Source: Octopus vulgaris (lineage: Eukaryota). From it: 64,000 bases of DNA. Of the stretch, positions 46,002 through 60,508 are shown in pieces. Below the pieces are notes generated by a model. The model did not search any database. It was not told the DNA's origin and saw nothing but the letters and a program-made list of their open reading frames with translations. Every line of letters starts with the position of its first letter. Positions within the stretch are counted from its first letter, which is position 1. The stretch is from the NCBI GenBank assembly GCA_951406725.2, contig OX597834.1, positions 27,838,001 through 27,902,000 of the forward strand, in the 5' to 3' direction. A program made the translations under genes and the position numbers.

Positions 46002-46568
46002 ATATTACATTTCTAAACCTTCCGGAGAGTTATGCAGTATACATATATATATATACGCGCGCATCTGCGTATGTATATGCGTGCATGTGCATATACGTAA
46101 ATAAAATCGTATATGTGTATGCATATGAGTGCACGTACATATCTGTAGATGTGTATATATGTGTGTGTGTGTATCCGAGCGTTAGTGTGTATATGGATGT
46201 CATTGTGAATGACCCTATATGCTTGGGCCGATTCTTAAAGGTCACCTAAGGACAATCGCATGTGTAACCAACCATGAGGAACAAATCAAGAGTACAAAGA
46301 AATCAAATGCGAACCCCTTCAAAATGATAACCAACTTAACGGTAGCAGGGTCACCATCTCACTACATCTACACATTCAAAGCAGTTTGTCAACGGTCCTT
46401 CAGCAACAACACAGCTTTGCTAAACTCATTGGCTACTGCTAACTTCAGGCCACGAGAGGCAGAGAGGATGCTCTTAAGGCCGAGAATTTGAAATATATAC
46501 ATATCACCCGAGGAAACACAACTAGATCTCATAATGCAGGGAAATGGTTGCATAATCAAGTACCTGCA

Positions 46569-46606
46569 CACCTGGAGAACTACATGGCGTAGAAACAATT
46601 GTAGTG
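46569..46606 (+). ncRNA. Hammerhead motif with G at position 6 (probably decayed)
   Basis: CAC-CTGGAGA-AC-TAC.atggc.GTA-GAAA-CAATTG-TA^GTG; same stem III as 54789. Confidence 0.55.
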
Positions 46607-46791
46607 ATAAAAAATAAATGTCCAATCGTACTCCTTCTTGTTGACTTCAAATTTTTTCAATTGTCTGTTCACACACGACAGAAACCTAAACGCAAACATG
46701 GAAGTATTTATAATACTACCACTCGATAACACAGAGTGAAATCTGAAAGCGGATGAGCTTTATACTGTATATATGTATATAGATAGTTAGC

Positions 46792-46905
<114 letters not shown>

Positions 46906-47417
46906 TGTAACTATTTCTGTACGCACGTATGTATGTATGAATGTATTATGTGCGTAATATGTGTGTTTGTATGTATACATGCATGGATATGTGTATGTAT
47001 GTACACTTTCGAAGGTGAAACTTCCTTCCGGCGATACACTGAGCTTTTGCATTTCCGTTTACCGATGAAAAACGGAAGTATGAAACTCAAACTTCAGACA
47101 GAGACAAGCCTCACTTTCGTATAAAGAAATGTAATTAATTGTGTATCCATTGATACATATATTTTCTTTCCTCCCTGCGAATTAAAACATATGTACTCTC
47201 ATACAATTTTATATACATAACTTCACTATTCATTCGTATGTTCAAACTACGCACACGTATGCATCTATACACTTATGTCATGCATTTATGTATGGAAGGA
47301 TATATATGTGCGTGCGTTTGTCTGTATGTATATACGTACAAGCATCAATGTACATATATCTGTATATGCGAATAGATGATATTTATATGTGAATTTATAT
47401 GCATAAATTTATAAATA

Positions 47418-47582
47418 GGCGCAGAAGTGGCTGTGTGGTAAGTAGCTTGCTTACCAGCCATATGGTTCCGGGTTCAGTCCCACTGTGTGGCATCTTGGGC
47501 AAGTGTCTTCTGCTATAGCCTCGGGACGACCAAAGCCTTGTGAGTGGATTTGGTAGACGGAAACTGAAAGAAGCCTGTCGTA

Positions 47583-47656
<74 letters not shown>
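47418..47656 (+). mobile_element. SINE family A, 5' half
   Basis: Head and body up to the microsatellite. Confidence 0.9.
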
Positions 47657-47660
<4 letters not shown>

Positions 47661-48149
47661 AGAAAGATAAACTTGCCCTCGGTGGAGTTTGAACTCAAAA
47701 TCGAAGTGACTTGTACTACGCATTCTATCAAACGCACTAACATCCATGCCCAAAGGGCCACCTACAAGTACGAACACACACACAGACACACACATATATA
47801 CGTATATATATATATACATACATATATATGTATTTATATATACGCACATACATACACATATATATACATATATATACGTGTACGTATGCATGAATATGTA
47901 TACGTATGTATGTGCATACATGCACGTGTGCGCGTGTGTATAAATGTATACGTCCACAAGGCATTAAAATAATTAAATGATTGGGACCGTTTTCACAACG
48001 CGGTATTCGGTGCCATCAATTTGGTAGCCGGGAAACAGATGATATGTGGGTTAGGGTATGAGTGATCAGTAACATTGACTGAGAAGAGGTGAACTGACAT
48101 TAACGTTGGTAAATGTTACTGGTATCAAATAACTGGTAGAGTGATAAAT

Positions 48150-48643
<494 letters not shown>

Positions 48644-48689
48644 GACTAGTCAGGTGTTGTTGATTAGGACAGACAAGAAAAAATACGTA

Positions 48690-49078
48690 GTGTCTGTTAA
48701 TATCTCTTTGAAAATCAAAGAGAAAGACATAACTATGGACAACAGCTTCGAAACCTACAGCTTCTGTATCCGGATTACAAATTTACATTTATTCCAATAA
48801 TAATTGGTGCACTTGGTTTTGTAAGTAAATGCCTATCTGTCAGTTTGAATAAGCTTGGATTTTCAGAAAAAAAATTGAACCAACTGATTCGCACATTACA
48901 AATACAATCTGTAAGCGGAACAGTAAAACTCTGCAAGACTTTTCTCAGTTTTAAAATGTAACATTGTTTTTTATAATATACATTCCAATGATACGGCTTT
49001 GAATCTTTGTTAGAAACCAGCTCCTTCTTCGGAGGAAGAATTTAAATAATCAAAACCAGAAAAGAACATACATACATA
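48690..49078 (+). mobile_element. 3' end of an R4/Dong-like (restriction-like endonuclease) non-LTR retrotransposon, ending in (CATA)n
   Basis: NYGQQLRNLQLLYPDYKFTFIPIIIGALGFVSKCL...CKTFLSFKM* (stop at 48959-48961); the PIIIGALG motif is typical. Not listed in the ORF track. Confidence 0.75.
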
Positions 49079-49248
49079 CGATCCAAAACTTCTTCATCTG
49101 AGATTCGTAAGTGAATAGATGCACACATTTGGGTGTAGGCACTGGGGACTCTCTTAACTCAAAAACCTTGTTGGTTTGATAGCCACCGGCTTGAACTCTC
49201 TCAAGAAGAGCTTAAATAAAACTCAAACAAATATCATACATACATACA

Positions 49249-49279
<31 letters not shown>

Positions 49280-50478
49280 TGGCTGTGGACATGCTCCTGA
49301 ATATCTTGATCGCAAACCCGTCATCTCTATAAATTCCCAAATCAAGCCAATTCCCCTGTGTTGCCAGTGTTCAATATGGCTATGCCTCTCATCTGGGGAA
49401 AGGTCTTGATTTGTGTTTAAATCCTTATTTTTATCAATCAATTTTGGAGGCGTTGAACTTTCTCTTCTCTCTCCACTTTTACTCTTTCCCACTTTCTATC
49501 TCTCTCACATTCTATTTCTCTATCAATCTTTCTATCTACCTATCTCTATTTATCTATCTCTCTTCCTGGCTACAAACATTGGCAATCATGGACGACCATA
49601 CCAAAGTCTGAACATTCATTTTTATTCTTGGGAAATATACAGCATTTCTCGTTTTCTTGTGCTGGTTTATTTAAAGTTTACTCCGCTATAATATTCTGCT
49701 CTCCTGATCTTACTCTTGGAACACGACGGAGCACAGTTTGCACTCAGGAATGGAAACTGGTTCACCTAACATCAGGGCTTATTGACACATCGTTGGGTCC
49801 TTATGACATGTTTAGAAGGCCTACCATCGCCTCGGCCCAGTATATTTTATCAGATAACTTACCTCTGTAATTTTCTGTTACTCCTCGCTGTGACCACTCT
49901 TTTACCGTCTAAAGGCAAAGAGAAACGTCTCTTGAGTCCTCCAGACAAAGGACTTTATGAGGAAAGAGGGAAATTCTCCGAACGTAATATGAACTTACAA
50001 AAACCTCTCACGATAAATACAAGTTTTGCCGTCGCAAACCACTAGTAATCTTACAAAATGCTTCCTTTTTTAATCGATATATAATTACACACACATACAC
50101 ACATACATACATACATAATACATACATACATACAAACATACATACATATATACATAAATATTATATATATGTATATTATATATGTATAGGTATATGTATA
50201 TTTATATATACATATATATACATATATGTATATATATATATGCATACAAACTTACATATATTATGTATTATATTATATATATTATATACATATATATATA
50301 TATATATATATACATATGGGTCTACATATATGTGTGTGTGTATGCATATTGGTATTTATATATATATATATGTAATTATATAAACACAAACATACATATA
50401 CACATATATATATACATATATATTTATATAGGTACACACAAACATATATGTATATATATAACGCGCTCATACACGCAA

Positions 50479-50560
<82 letters not shown>

Positions 50561-50956
50561 GTTAGCTTACGTGTGTTTAACATGACATTTTATTTTCCTA
50601 TACAGCTAAGGAGATTCTGTTCCAATATTCTATATTTATAATTTTTTTTTTTTTGGGGGGGGTTCTTGTTTTCTTTGTTTCATATTTAGTGTTTTTGCTG
50701 CAACTTATTTCAAGACTTAAGCACGTATGTCTCCTTGGAATTTTGTGGCATTTACCATTTTTTGTCCGAGGAGGAGAAATACATACCGACGATGGTAGTG
50801 TGATGTCTATAGTACTATACTTTGGTAAGGGTTCTCCGGTGTGGTTTTCGGTGCGTATGTATATATATATATATATATATATATAATGTGTATGTCTGTG
50901 CTAGAAATATATATTTATATCTATCTGTATATCTCTCTCTCTCTATATATATATAT

Positions 50957-51010
<54 letters not shown>

Positions 51011-51011
51011 G

Positions 51012-51065
<54 letters not shown>

Positions 51066-51142
51066 GGTGGAAGCGTCTGTGGGCATATACATATATATAT
51101 ATATACATATATACATGTATATATATAAATATTTGTGTGTGT

Positions 51143-51206
<64 letters not shown>

Positions 51207-51219
51207 TTATATATACATA

Positions 51220-51326
51220 GGCACGGAAGTGGCTGTGTTGTAAGTGGCTTGCTTACCAACCAAATGCTTCCGGGTTCAGTCCCACTGCGTGGCACCTTCG
51301 GCAAGTGTCTTCTATTATAGCCCTGG
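51220..51326 (+). mobile_element. SINE family A head fragment
   Basis: GGCACGGAAGTGGCTGTG...GGTTCAGTCCCACTGCGTGG. Confidence 0.85.
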
Positions 51327-52014
51327 GCACATTGATAATGAGCAGTTGCCTGCATTTAGGGTCCAATGCTAATAAAAGTATTTGTTAGTGTGTGTGTATT
51401 GAGCAATAGTACAAACTCTGTTACAAGCCTTTGCTTTGTGCGAGGGCTTGTAGAGCTGTTAAATCGACTAATACCAATACTACTAATGTCTTCATCTTCA
51501 GCATCATGAACATTATGACCACCCTCGCCACCCCTGTATCAATATCACAAACACAAGCGTCCCATAACCATCATTATCACCACTAATATCACGACCACGA
51601 CCACCACTATCAACACCATTACAAGATGCACCATGATCACTCGTCATTGTCACTATTACCATCATCACCACCACCACCACCACCACCACCACCACCATCG
51701 TCATCACAATCATCACGACCACTTTCAACACAGTCACAGCCTCTACCACAGCCGTTCAAGAATTTAGACCTCGAGATCTCCATTTCCAGCGACTTCGAGG
51801 GCCACCTCCCAGTGATATCGGGCGTCAACGAAGAGCCCTCGACTACAAGACGACCAAATTTTATTTTCCAAGGTCTGGGGTCTCCTGCCCCTAAGCCCTA
51901 GATCATCACCTAATCACCCTTACCCTTGTTGTTGCTTAACAACAACAACCTCTGCCACAACCACCACAATCAATTATCGCTCTTGCCATCACCACCATCA
52001 TTTCAACATTTCAC

Positions 52015-52465
52015 CACCACCACCAACACCATCACAGCCACTACCACCACCGCTATCGGCATTATCATCACCACCACCACCACCACCACCATCACTACTA
52101 TTCTCATCACTTTTCCATCTACCACCACCATCACAGCCACTACCACCACCGCTATCGGCATCATCATCACCACCACCACCACCATCACCACTATTTTCAT
52201 CAGTTTTCCATCTACCACCACCATCACAGCCACTACCACCACCGCTATCGGCATCATCATCACCACCACCACCACCACCATCACCACTATTCTCATCAGT
52301 TTTCCATCTACCACCACCATCACAGCCACTACCACCACCGCTATCGGCATCATCATCACCACCACCAGCACCACCATCACCACTATTCTCTTCACTTTTC
52401 CATCTACCACCACCATCACAGCCACTACCACCACCGCCATCGGCATCACCACCACCACCACCAAC
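52015..52465. repeat. ~93-96-bp (CAC)-derived minisatellite, about 4.5 copies
   Basis: [19 protein letters not shown] period in the ORF track. Confidence 0.9.
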
Positions 52466-53050
52466 ATCGCATCTGTCGTCACTCTCGCTAGCACCGCCAC
52501 GATTACTTCCACCAACAACAACACCAGCACCAGCACCAGCACCAACGACAACCACAATACCAACCCCAGCAACAAAAACACAACAAACAAGAGCAACAAC
52601 ACCACCACCACCAACAACAACAACAACAACAACAAGATGCCAGTAAGTAAAAGAATGAGAGAGAAACCAGGATCAGTTGAAGATATTATAAATCAAAAGA
52701 CAGAAAGCTCAAAGAATTGAAATGGTTAGAATTAGTAAAGGAAGTTGAATAAATAAGGAATACGGAGTGAAAACAATACAGAACATTCTTCAGATATCTT
52801 CTTCGGTGTACTTAGCACGCACCCTTATTGCTTTACCTTCTATATAACACATAATATGACCCTATAAAGAGGAGGAAGAAGATGAAAAGCAGATTTTGGG
52901 GAGAATGAAACAAATAAAAAAAAAAGGAGGGGAGAAATCGTCTGATAACGTTGATAATTGTTAGGGGCTGCTTTTGTTGGTGTAATTGATGCCGACGATA
53001 AACGATGATAATGATGCTGATGACGACGATGATGATGATGATAACGAAGG

Positions 53051-53095
<45 letters not shown>

Positions 53096-53268
53096 CGATA
53101 ACGATGATGACAATGAGGATGATGAGGAGAAGGAAGAGGAGGATGGTGATAATAATGATAAATGCGATGATCATGGCTGCGATGACGATGATGATGTTGA
53201 CGATGACAATGATAATGATAATGATGACGTTGATAACGTCGATGATACATATACACATATATATATAT

Positions 53269-53333
<65 letters not shown>

Positions 53334-53456
53334 CATATATTTATATATATATATATATATAATACGCATGCATGTGTATGCGTGTATCCTCACACAGACG
53401 TATATACGTAAATACACACATGTATCACACAAGTGTGTTCGTGATTTGTATATTTC

Positions 53457-53517
<61 letters not shown>

Positions 53518-54095
53518 ACACACACTCACACACACCAATTCACAGAACAAACTATATAAAAAAAGAAGAACCTTGTCAACTACAAATACCTCTCGTGTCA
53601 ACTAACAATAAAGCCGTCCCTGGTTAATGCAGAGTTCCACACTTACTAAACTACCAAAAATTGGTCAATTTTCTTCAGTTTTCTTCAACTTAGTTTCATA
53701 CCTGACCACTGGTGGGCTCAGATCACGCGACCGTCACTATAGAGATTTTGTCTTCTCCAAGACTAACCGTCGCAGGAAGATATTTTTATCGCCGTTGTAT
53801 TCTAATTCCGATATCACACACGCAATTGTGTCGAAAGAGTTCTGGGCAAATCAGCTTGTCTTGGAGTGAGAGTCTGTGGAATAAAAGTCTGCTGAGTTCA
53901 GTCTAGCACTACTGACCTTTTAGATTTCATTTCTTGCTTTAGTTGCTGTGGTGATGGAGCTGGGGTCGTCGTCGTTGTCGTCATGATGGTGGTTATGGTG
54001 GCGGTGTTTCTTTTCTACCTCTGGACACTAATTAGACATTGCAAGTTCGATAAAACGAACTGCAGCTTCATAACAGTTTGTAGAAAGTTTACATA

Positions 54096-54220
<125 letters not shown>

Positions 54221-54354
54221 AATAATAATAGTAGAGAATAATTTTGTGATTTTTAGAATAATATTTATTATAATATACTTAAATTCTTTCTAAATGATTT
54301 ATTATAGATAATATCTTTCATTATTAATTGAATTACTTAATAGAAGTTTTGTCT

Positions 54355-54549
54355 CATCGCCATGATAGATCGGTAGCCAGTACGCATATTTTTCTCTCCT
54401 TGTTTCTCTCCTTGTTTATTTCTGTGTTCCTTTCTGTTGAAGAGCGTAGGCTCGAAACGTAAAAGACTTTTTCAATTCCTGAGAGTTATACTAACATATC
54501 CGTTTGTTTTCTACACCACCTATCTTCATCTTTTGTTTTTCATGAATTC

Positions 54550-54553
<4 letters not shown>
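54355..54553 (+). mobile_element. Family H element; HHR at 54430-54465
   Basis: CTTT-CTGTTGA-A-GAGC-GTAG-GCTC-GAAA-CG-TA^AAAG, ending in (TA)n. Confidence 0.82.
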
Positions 54554-54624
<71 letters not shown>

Positions 54625-54635
<11 letters not shown>

Positions 54636-54997
54636 ATTCGAGACAAAACCACTATTTTAAAATCAAACAAGGAAAGACTTAATCAATACATAAAATTTTA
54701 ATATAAATTAAATAAACCGCCACTACAATTGTTTCTTGTCCTCTACTGACATTCTTCATAATTTGATACTGATTAGAAGATCGAAAATCCACCTGAAGAA
54801 TGTCAGTAGAGGACAAGAAACAATTGTAGTGGCGGTTTATTTAATTTATATAAAAATTTTATGTATTGATTAAGTCTTTCCTTGTTTGATTTTAAAATAG
54901 TGGTTTTGTCTCGAATTATATTATATAATATTTTACTATAAAATTGGATTTAACCCTAAATCTGATTTTTCCCTGTAATTTTGGATTCATTCCCTAA

Positions 54998-55000
<3 letters not shown>
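54625..55000. mobile_element. Inverted PLE-type terminal repeat: 134-bp arms (54625-54758/54794-54927), HHR at 54789-54832 (+)
   Basis: About one mismatch between the arms, 35-nt spacer; CCAC-CTGAAGA-A-TGTC.agtagag.GACA-A-GAAA-CAATTG-TA^GTGG. Confidence 0.85.
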
Positions 55001-55029
<29 letters not shown>

Positions 55030-55034
<5 letters not shown>

Positions 55035-56645
55035 GTAGTAGTACAGACAGAAGGGAGGAATTTCGATTATCCCCACGTGGTGAGTTGTAATGTATATAGG
55101 AAATTAAAAAAAGGAAAATACGCACACTTATATAGTTTTAATATAATTTTTAATATATCGACCGATTTCGCTATCGCTATTCATGATATTATGTTTTACT
55201 TATTTGAATATGTATTTTTTCTTAAGAAGAAATTTGGTCCATGTTGTGTGTGATGAAATTCACGAGTGAATGACTTCACAAGTAGATAAATAAAGGAAGG
55301 TAATTGGTTGTCGTTATTATTGTTATTGTTGTTGGTAAGGGATATAACTGTTCAGCTTTCGGTAATGGGTGGGGATTATATATGTGTACAAACAGAGACA
55401 AGTTTTAAAAACCTTGTTTAGTAGGGGATTTATGTACAGTGATGTAATCGTGAATTGAAATATGTAAAAAGATAAAAGTTGGTTATGCGTGCTTATTAAG
55501 ATGTGTTTTGTATTTTTCAATGAAAATTTTTTTTTATTTAAACGTTCTAGTTGAGAGATTGCGTCTTTTTACTGGTAGAAAGGGAAGACTGTGAAATTTG
55601 GTTTCATGTTACCTGCACATTTTTCTATATGTTCACTGAGAGGAATTTGTCTGTATTGCGGGAAACGGATTTGCTCCTTATGCAGAGTGGTTCTCTTTCT
55701 CAAGGTGATACTCGATTGTCTAATATAGTGGCGTCCGCAACCCGAGCAGGTTATTACATAAATTAGGTTCTCAGAGGCACAGGTCAAACTAGTTTTAATT
55801 GTGAACCTCTGTCCTTGTTTGAAAAGGAAATCCGAGCCTTCAAGCAGGTTGGGGCAGGTTCCACAGTTTGGGCGTCCACATTTTTCAACCGTTGGTTTCG
55901 TGGTTGCTTTGTAAAGCTTCGCATTTGTTAGTAGTCTCTTTAGCGATTTGTCTTGTTTCTTGCATTTGATGAGTTTGTGTGTTTTCAGGATGTCGTTCAT
56001 TTTTGGATCTCTAGTTAGTAAAGGAAGAATTTGCTCAATAGTGTTGAATGCCTCACTGTTTCTGGGGTCGTGCGTTGATATAAATAGTAATGTTTTGGTT
56101 TGAGGCGTGGTGCTATGGTCTTTTTGTTCTTAGTGTTTTTGTGTCTAATTGCTTGGCACGTTTAATTCCCTCGTCGATAAGAGAGGATGGATATTGTCTT
56201 TCAATAAGTGTTGTTTTGAGGTTTCGAAGACGAAGGTCCCGAGTTGTTCTATCAGACACTATTGTGCAGATCCTTTTTGCTAAGTTGAAAGGGATGTTTA
56301 TTTTTATGTGTTTCGGGTGGCATGAGTTAAAAAGAAGATATTGTTTTGAATCAGTAGGTTTATAATAAATGTCAGTTATGATTTCATTGTTAACTTTTTT
56401 AATCATGATGTCTAAAAATGGAAGTTGTTCTTTGTTATATTCCATTGTGAATTGAATGTGTGTCGATGTTCTCCTTCCAGATGATAAAGCAATCATCCAG
56501 GTATTGCTCCCAATTTTCTCTTATGTAGAGGTAAAATGGGTAACCATATTTCTGAAGTGATACTTCATATACGGTCAATTCAAAATAACCCATTATTAGG
56601 TTCGCAAGAACAGGAGCTGCTTTCGTCCCCATCGCAATTCCGCAT
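55030..56645 (-). mobile_element. 5'-truncated Neptune-type PLE: RT C-half, Cys linker, GIY-YIG endonuclease, 3' terminal region
   Basis: GIAMGTKAAP, YLDDCF, LPFLD, YYKPTDSKQYL...SCHP, CGRPNCGTC, NLIYVITCSGCGRHYIRQ; frameshifted; ORF ends at ~55483. Confidence 0.92.
55155..55189 (-). ncRNA. Minimal type I hammerhead with A3-U8 core variant
   Basis: ATATC-ATGAATA-GC.gata.GC-GAAA-TCGG-TC^GATAT; same strand as the Neptune ORF and ~300 nt downstream of it. Confidence 0.75.
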
Positions 56646-57384
56646 TATCTAACTATCTATCTACCTGTCTGTCTATCTATCTGTCTATCTATCAGCCTAT
56701 CTATCTTTCTATATATATATGTATAAGAATTTACGTATATTTTTGTATATATGCATGCATACATGTTATGTATACATATATGTATGTATCTGACATGAGA
56801 CTAGAATCGAGGGTGACAGTAAATATCTTTTCCCTGTCCATCCCCGCTCCGCCAGACTGCTTACACATGCGCACGCGCATACACACAATACATACATACC
56901 AATGTACAAATACGAGGAACCTCATAAAAATCAGAGAGAGAAAGAGAAAGATAGATAGACAGAAGAAAAGAAAGAGAGAAAAAAGAAAGTAAAAAGAAAG
57001 AAAGAAAGACAGAGAGAGATATATATATAGGGAAAGGGAGGGAGAGAGAGAGAGACAGGGAGAGGGGAGAAGTTGAAACATTTCAATACAAAGAAATGAC
57101 AGAGCTAGCACCGAGAAACTTGATAATAGCGACTGACACGTGAGGAAAGATGGCGGCGGTGGTGATGGTGGTATTGGTGGGTGGAGAGTAGTGAATGGAG
57201 TGGGGTGCAGCAAGCGTAAGGGTGGAGGAGTCGGGAGAGAATGACATCACTGGATGCCGGGTATTGCAGTTTTGGGAAATGTGTGTGAGGTGCTTGCGTT
57301 AACATACCCACCTTCTCTATGCTTTTTATATACACTCGTAGCGCATCAATGTGCATTTCTGAACGTGTGTGTACGTCTATGTGT

Positions 57385-57426
57385 GTATTAGTGTATGAGC
57401 TCATGTGTATGTTTGTATATATGTAT

Positions 57427-57480
<54 letters not shown>

Positions 57481-57684
57481 AACGTGTGTATTAGTGTATG
57501 AGCTCATGTGTATGTTTGTATATATGTATAATTGTGTGTGTGTGTGTGTGTGTGTGTGCTGAACGTGTGTATTGGTGTATGAGTTCATGTGTATGTTTGT
57601 ATATATGTATAATTGTGTGTGTGTGTGTGTGCTGAACGTGTGTATTAGTGTATGAGTTAATGTGTATGTTTGTATATATGTATA

Positions 57685-57715
<31 letters not shown>
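57385..57715. repeat. 4 tandem units of a ~55-bp core plus variable (TG)n
   Basis: GCTGAACGTGTGTATTAGTGTATGAGCTCATGTGTATGTTTGTATATATGTATAA. Confidence 0.85.
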
Positions 57716-57721
<6 letters not shown>

Positions 57722-57956
57722 GTGTGTGCGAATGTGTTCGGTGTGCTTGTGCGTGCGTGCATAGATGTGTATGCATGTGCGTGAATATGTATATACACAT
57801 TAGGATAATTATATTTATTTTGATGGAAAGACCATATACAGACCATTAAATGCATTTGAACTGTAAGCTTTACGTACAAAAGCATACACACCTATGAGTA
57901 TGTACACACACACATATACACACATACACACGCATCCACCTATACATTTAGATAGG

Positions 57957-58040
<84 letters not shown>

Positions 58041-58069
58041 AAATATCATTTTCTGGTTTTATTTTATAT

Positions 58070-58483
58070 GCAGTGGCTGTGTGGTAAGTAGCTTGTTTAC
58101 CAACCACATGGTTCCGGGTTCAGTCCCACTGCGTGGCATCTTGGACAAGTGTCTTCTACTATAGCCTCGGGCCGACCAAAGCCTTGTGAGTGGATTTGGT
58201 AGACGGAAACTGAAAGAAGCCCGTCGTATATATGTATATATATATATATGCGTGTGTTTGTTTGTGTGTCTGTGTTTGTCCCCCTAGCATTGCTTGACAA
58301 CCGATGCTGGTGTGTTTATGTCCCCGTTACTTAGCGGTTCGGCAAAAAGAGACCGATAGAATAAGTACTCGGCTTACAAAAGAATAAGTCCCGGGGTCGA
58401 GTTGCTCGATTAAAAAGGCGGTGCTCCAGCATGGCCGCAGTCAAATGACTGAAAAAAGTAAAAGAGTAAAAGAGTAAAGAGTA
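58070..58483 (+). mobile_element. SINE family A, full length
   Basis: Head, body and (GAGTAAAA)n tail. Confidence 0.93.
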
Positions 58484-59273
58484 TATGTGTGTGAGTGTGT
58501 GTGTACTTTTATGATCCTTTCCTATCTCAAAGGCTGTCATTACTTTCGAGATAGTACTTCTTTATACAACAAACATTTCGGCTGTTTCCGTTACGCTAGC
58601 GCCTGCCCTACGAGCACCAACAATTTGATCTCTTTGAATGTCCGATATATCTTTCATTTTAATGAATTTTAATTACCCTTTTTTCTGATGATATCTGAAA
58701 AGAAACGGCAATTTTAGCAAAACATATTAAGCAACACTACTAATAAATGAAAAAGCATCAAAATAAACAAGGTTTTGACGGTTTTATAGATATTTCAAAA
58801 TTATGATACTATGATGTTAGGTGTTTCCATAATTTTGTCCAACCTCTGTATAAATGAATGTGTGTGTGTGTGTGTGTGTGTGTGTATTCAGAGAGGAGAG
58901 AGCAAAACCATTGACTTTTCTATCTGTACTTGTCTACAATCTTTACTTTGAGGACCAATCAAAGGAAACTCTACCTACGAGTCCTCTTTGCAGTTTTCTT
59001 TTCAGCTTTCGTAAGCCTACGCTCGCAGTTCCAAGTACTGGTCATATGCCCTACAAAGTACATTTATATTGTACTTGTATATAATTGTTAGTGTGTATGT
59101 GTGTGTGCGTGCGTTTGGGCGAGCGTGTGTGCATTCCAGTGTGTGTATAAGAGCTTGTATATGCATATAGTGCATATAATCATACGTGTGTATGTATGCA
59201 TGTTTGCATGCATGTATGTATGTACATATGTATGTGTATGTATGTATATATATACGTATATGTATATATATGC

Positions 59274-59315
<42 letters not shown>

Positions 59316-59356
59316 GTATGTGTATGTATGTATATATATAAGTATATGTATATATA

Positions 59357-59397
<41 letters not shown>

Positions 59398-60200
59398 GTA
59401 TATATATACATATGTATATATATATGTATAGCTGTAGAAATATGTGTACATACATTTATACATATATATATATTGAATATGTAGATGTCTATATATATAT
59501 ATATATGTATATATATATGAATAATATAAATACTTTATAGACATGCACACACACCTGCATAAATACATCTATATACATACAGACAGACATACACACATTC
59601 ATTCATACATACATACATACATACATACATACATACATACATACATGCATACATACATACATACATACATACATACATACATACATACATACATACATAC
59701 ATGCATGCATACATACATACATATATACATACAGACATACATACATACATAGGTGGAAGGAAGGGCAACTATGACGGCGTGACAACTTCGCTGTGAGTGA
59801 AAGAATTCTTCGCCGTTGCAAACTTGTAAAATTGTATTTTACCATTTTCTCAATAGTTTGCAGCAGCAGCAGAAATTGAAAGACTTTTTGAAGAAATAAA
59901 CTACCCAACACTTCCACGATGGCGACACACAATGTGTTACACTCTTTCTGCCTACTCAGTATTTGGTAATTGCGTTAAAACTGGTTAAAAGAAAATAGTA
60001 AACATATTGAGAATGATTTCGTCTTTTGGTTTCGTGCTTTTTTCTTTCAGTTTCGTTCTTTTGTTTTGGGGATTTACTGGTGTTTTTGTTCTGCTTTCTA
60101 TGCTTGTTTGTTTGTTTTTTGTTGTTATTTTTTTTTTATTGTTGCCAGACGTACTGATGTAATATGGTATAATTTGGTAAAACTATGTCTGTATGCATAC

Positions 60201-60266
<66 letters not shown>

Positions 60267-60454
60267 GGGGGGGTATGAATGTAATGTGTATACACATACA
60301 TACACAAACGCACACACATATACAGAGATATTTATATACCTACATAAATATACAAGTATATAAATCCATTTGTATATATATATGTATATATATATATATA
60401 TATATATACATACATATATATACATATATGTATATATATATACATATATGTATA

Positions 60455-60508
<54 letters not shown>

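Noticed and set aside
46205-46560. Possible decayed GIY-YIG upstream of the 46569 HHR
   Set aside because: Motif similarity is too weak to call by eye.
51926-52720. Thr-rich mucin-like ORF and Gly/Asp-rich antisense ORF
   Set aside because: A (CAC)n-derived minisatellite with no signal peptide or splice support.
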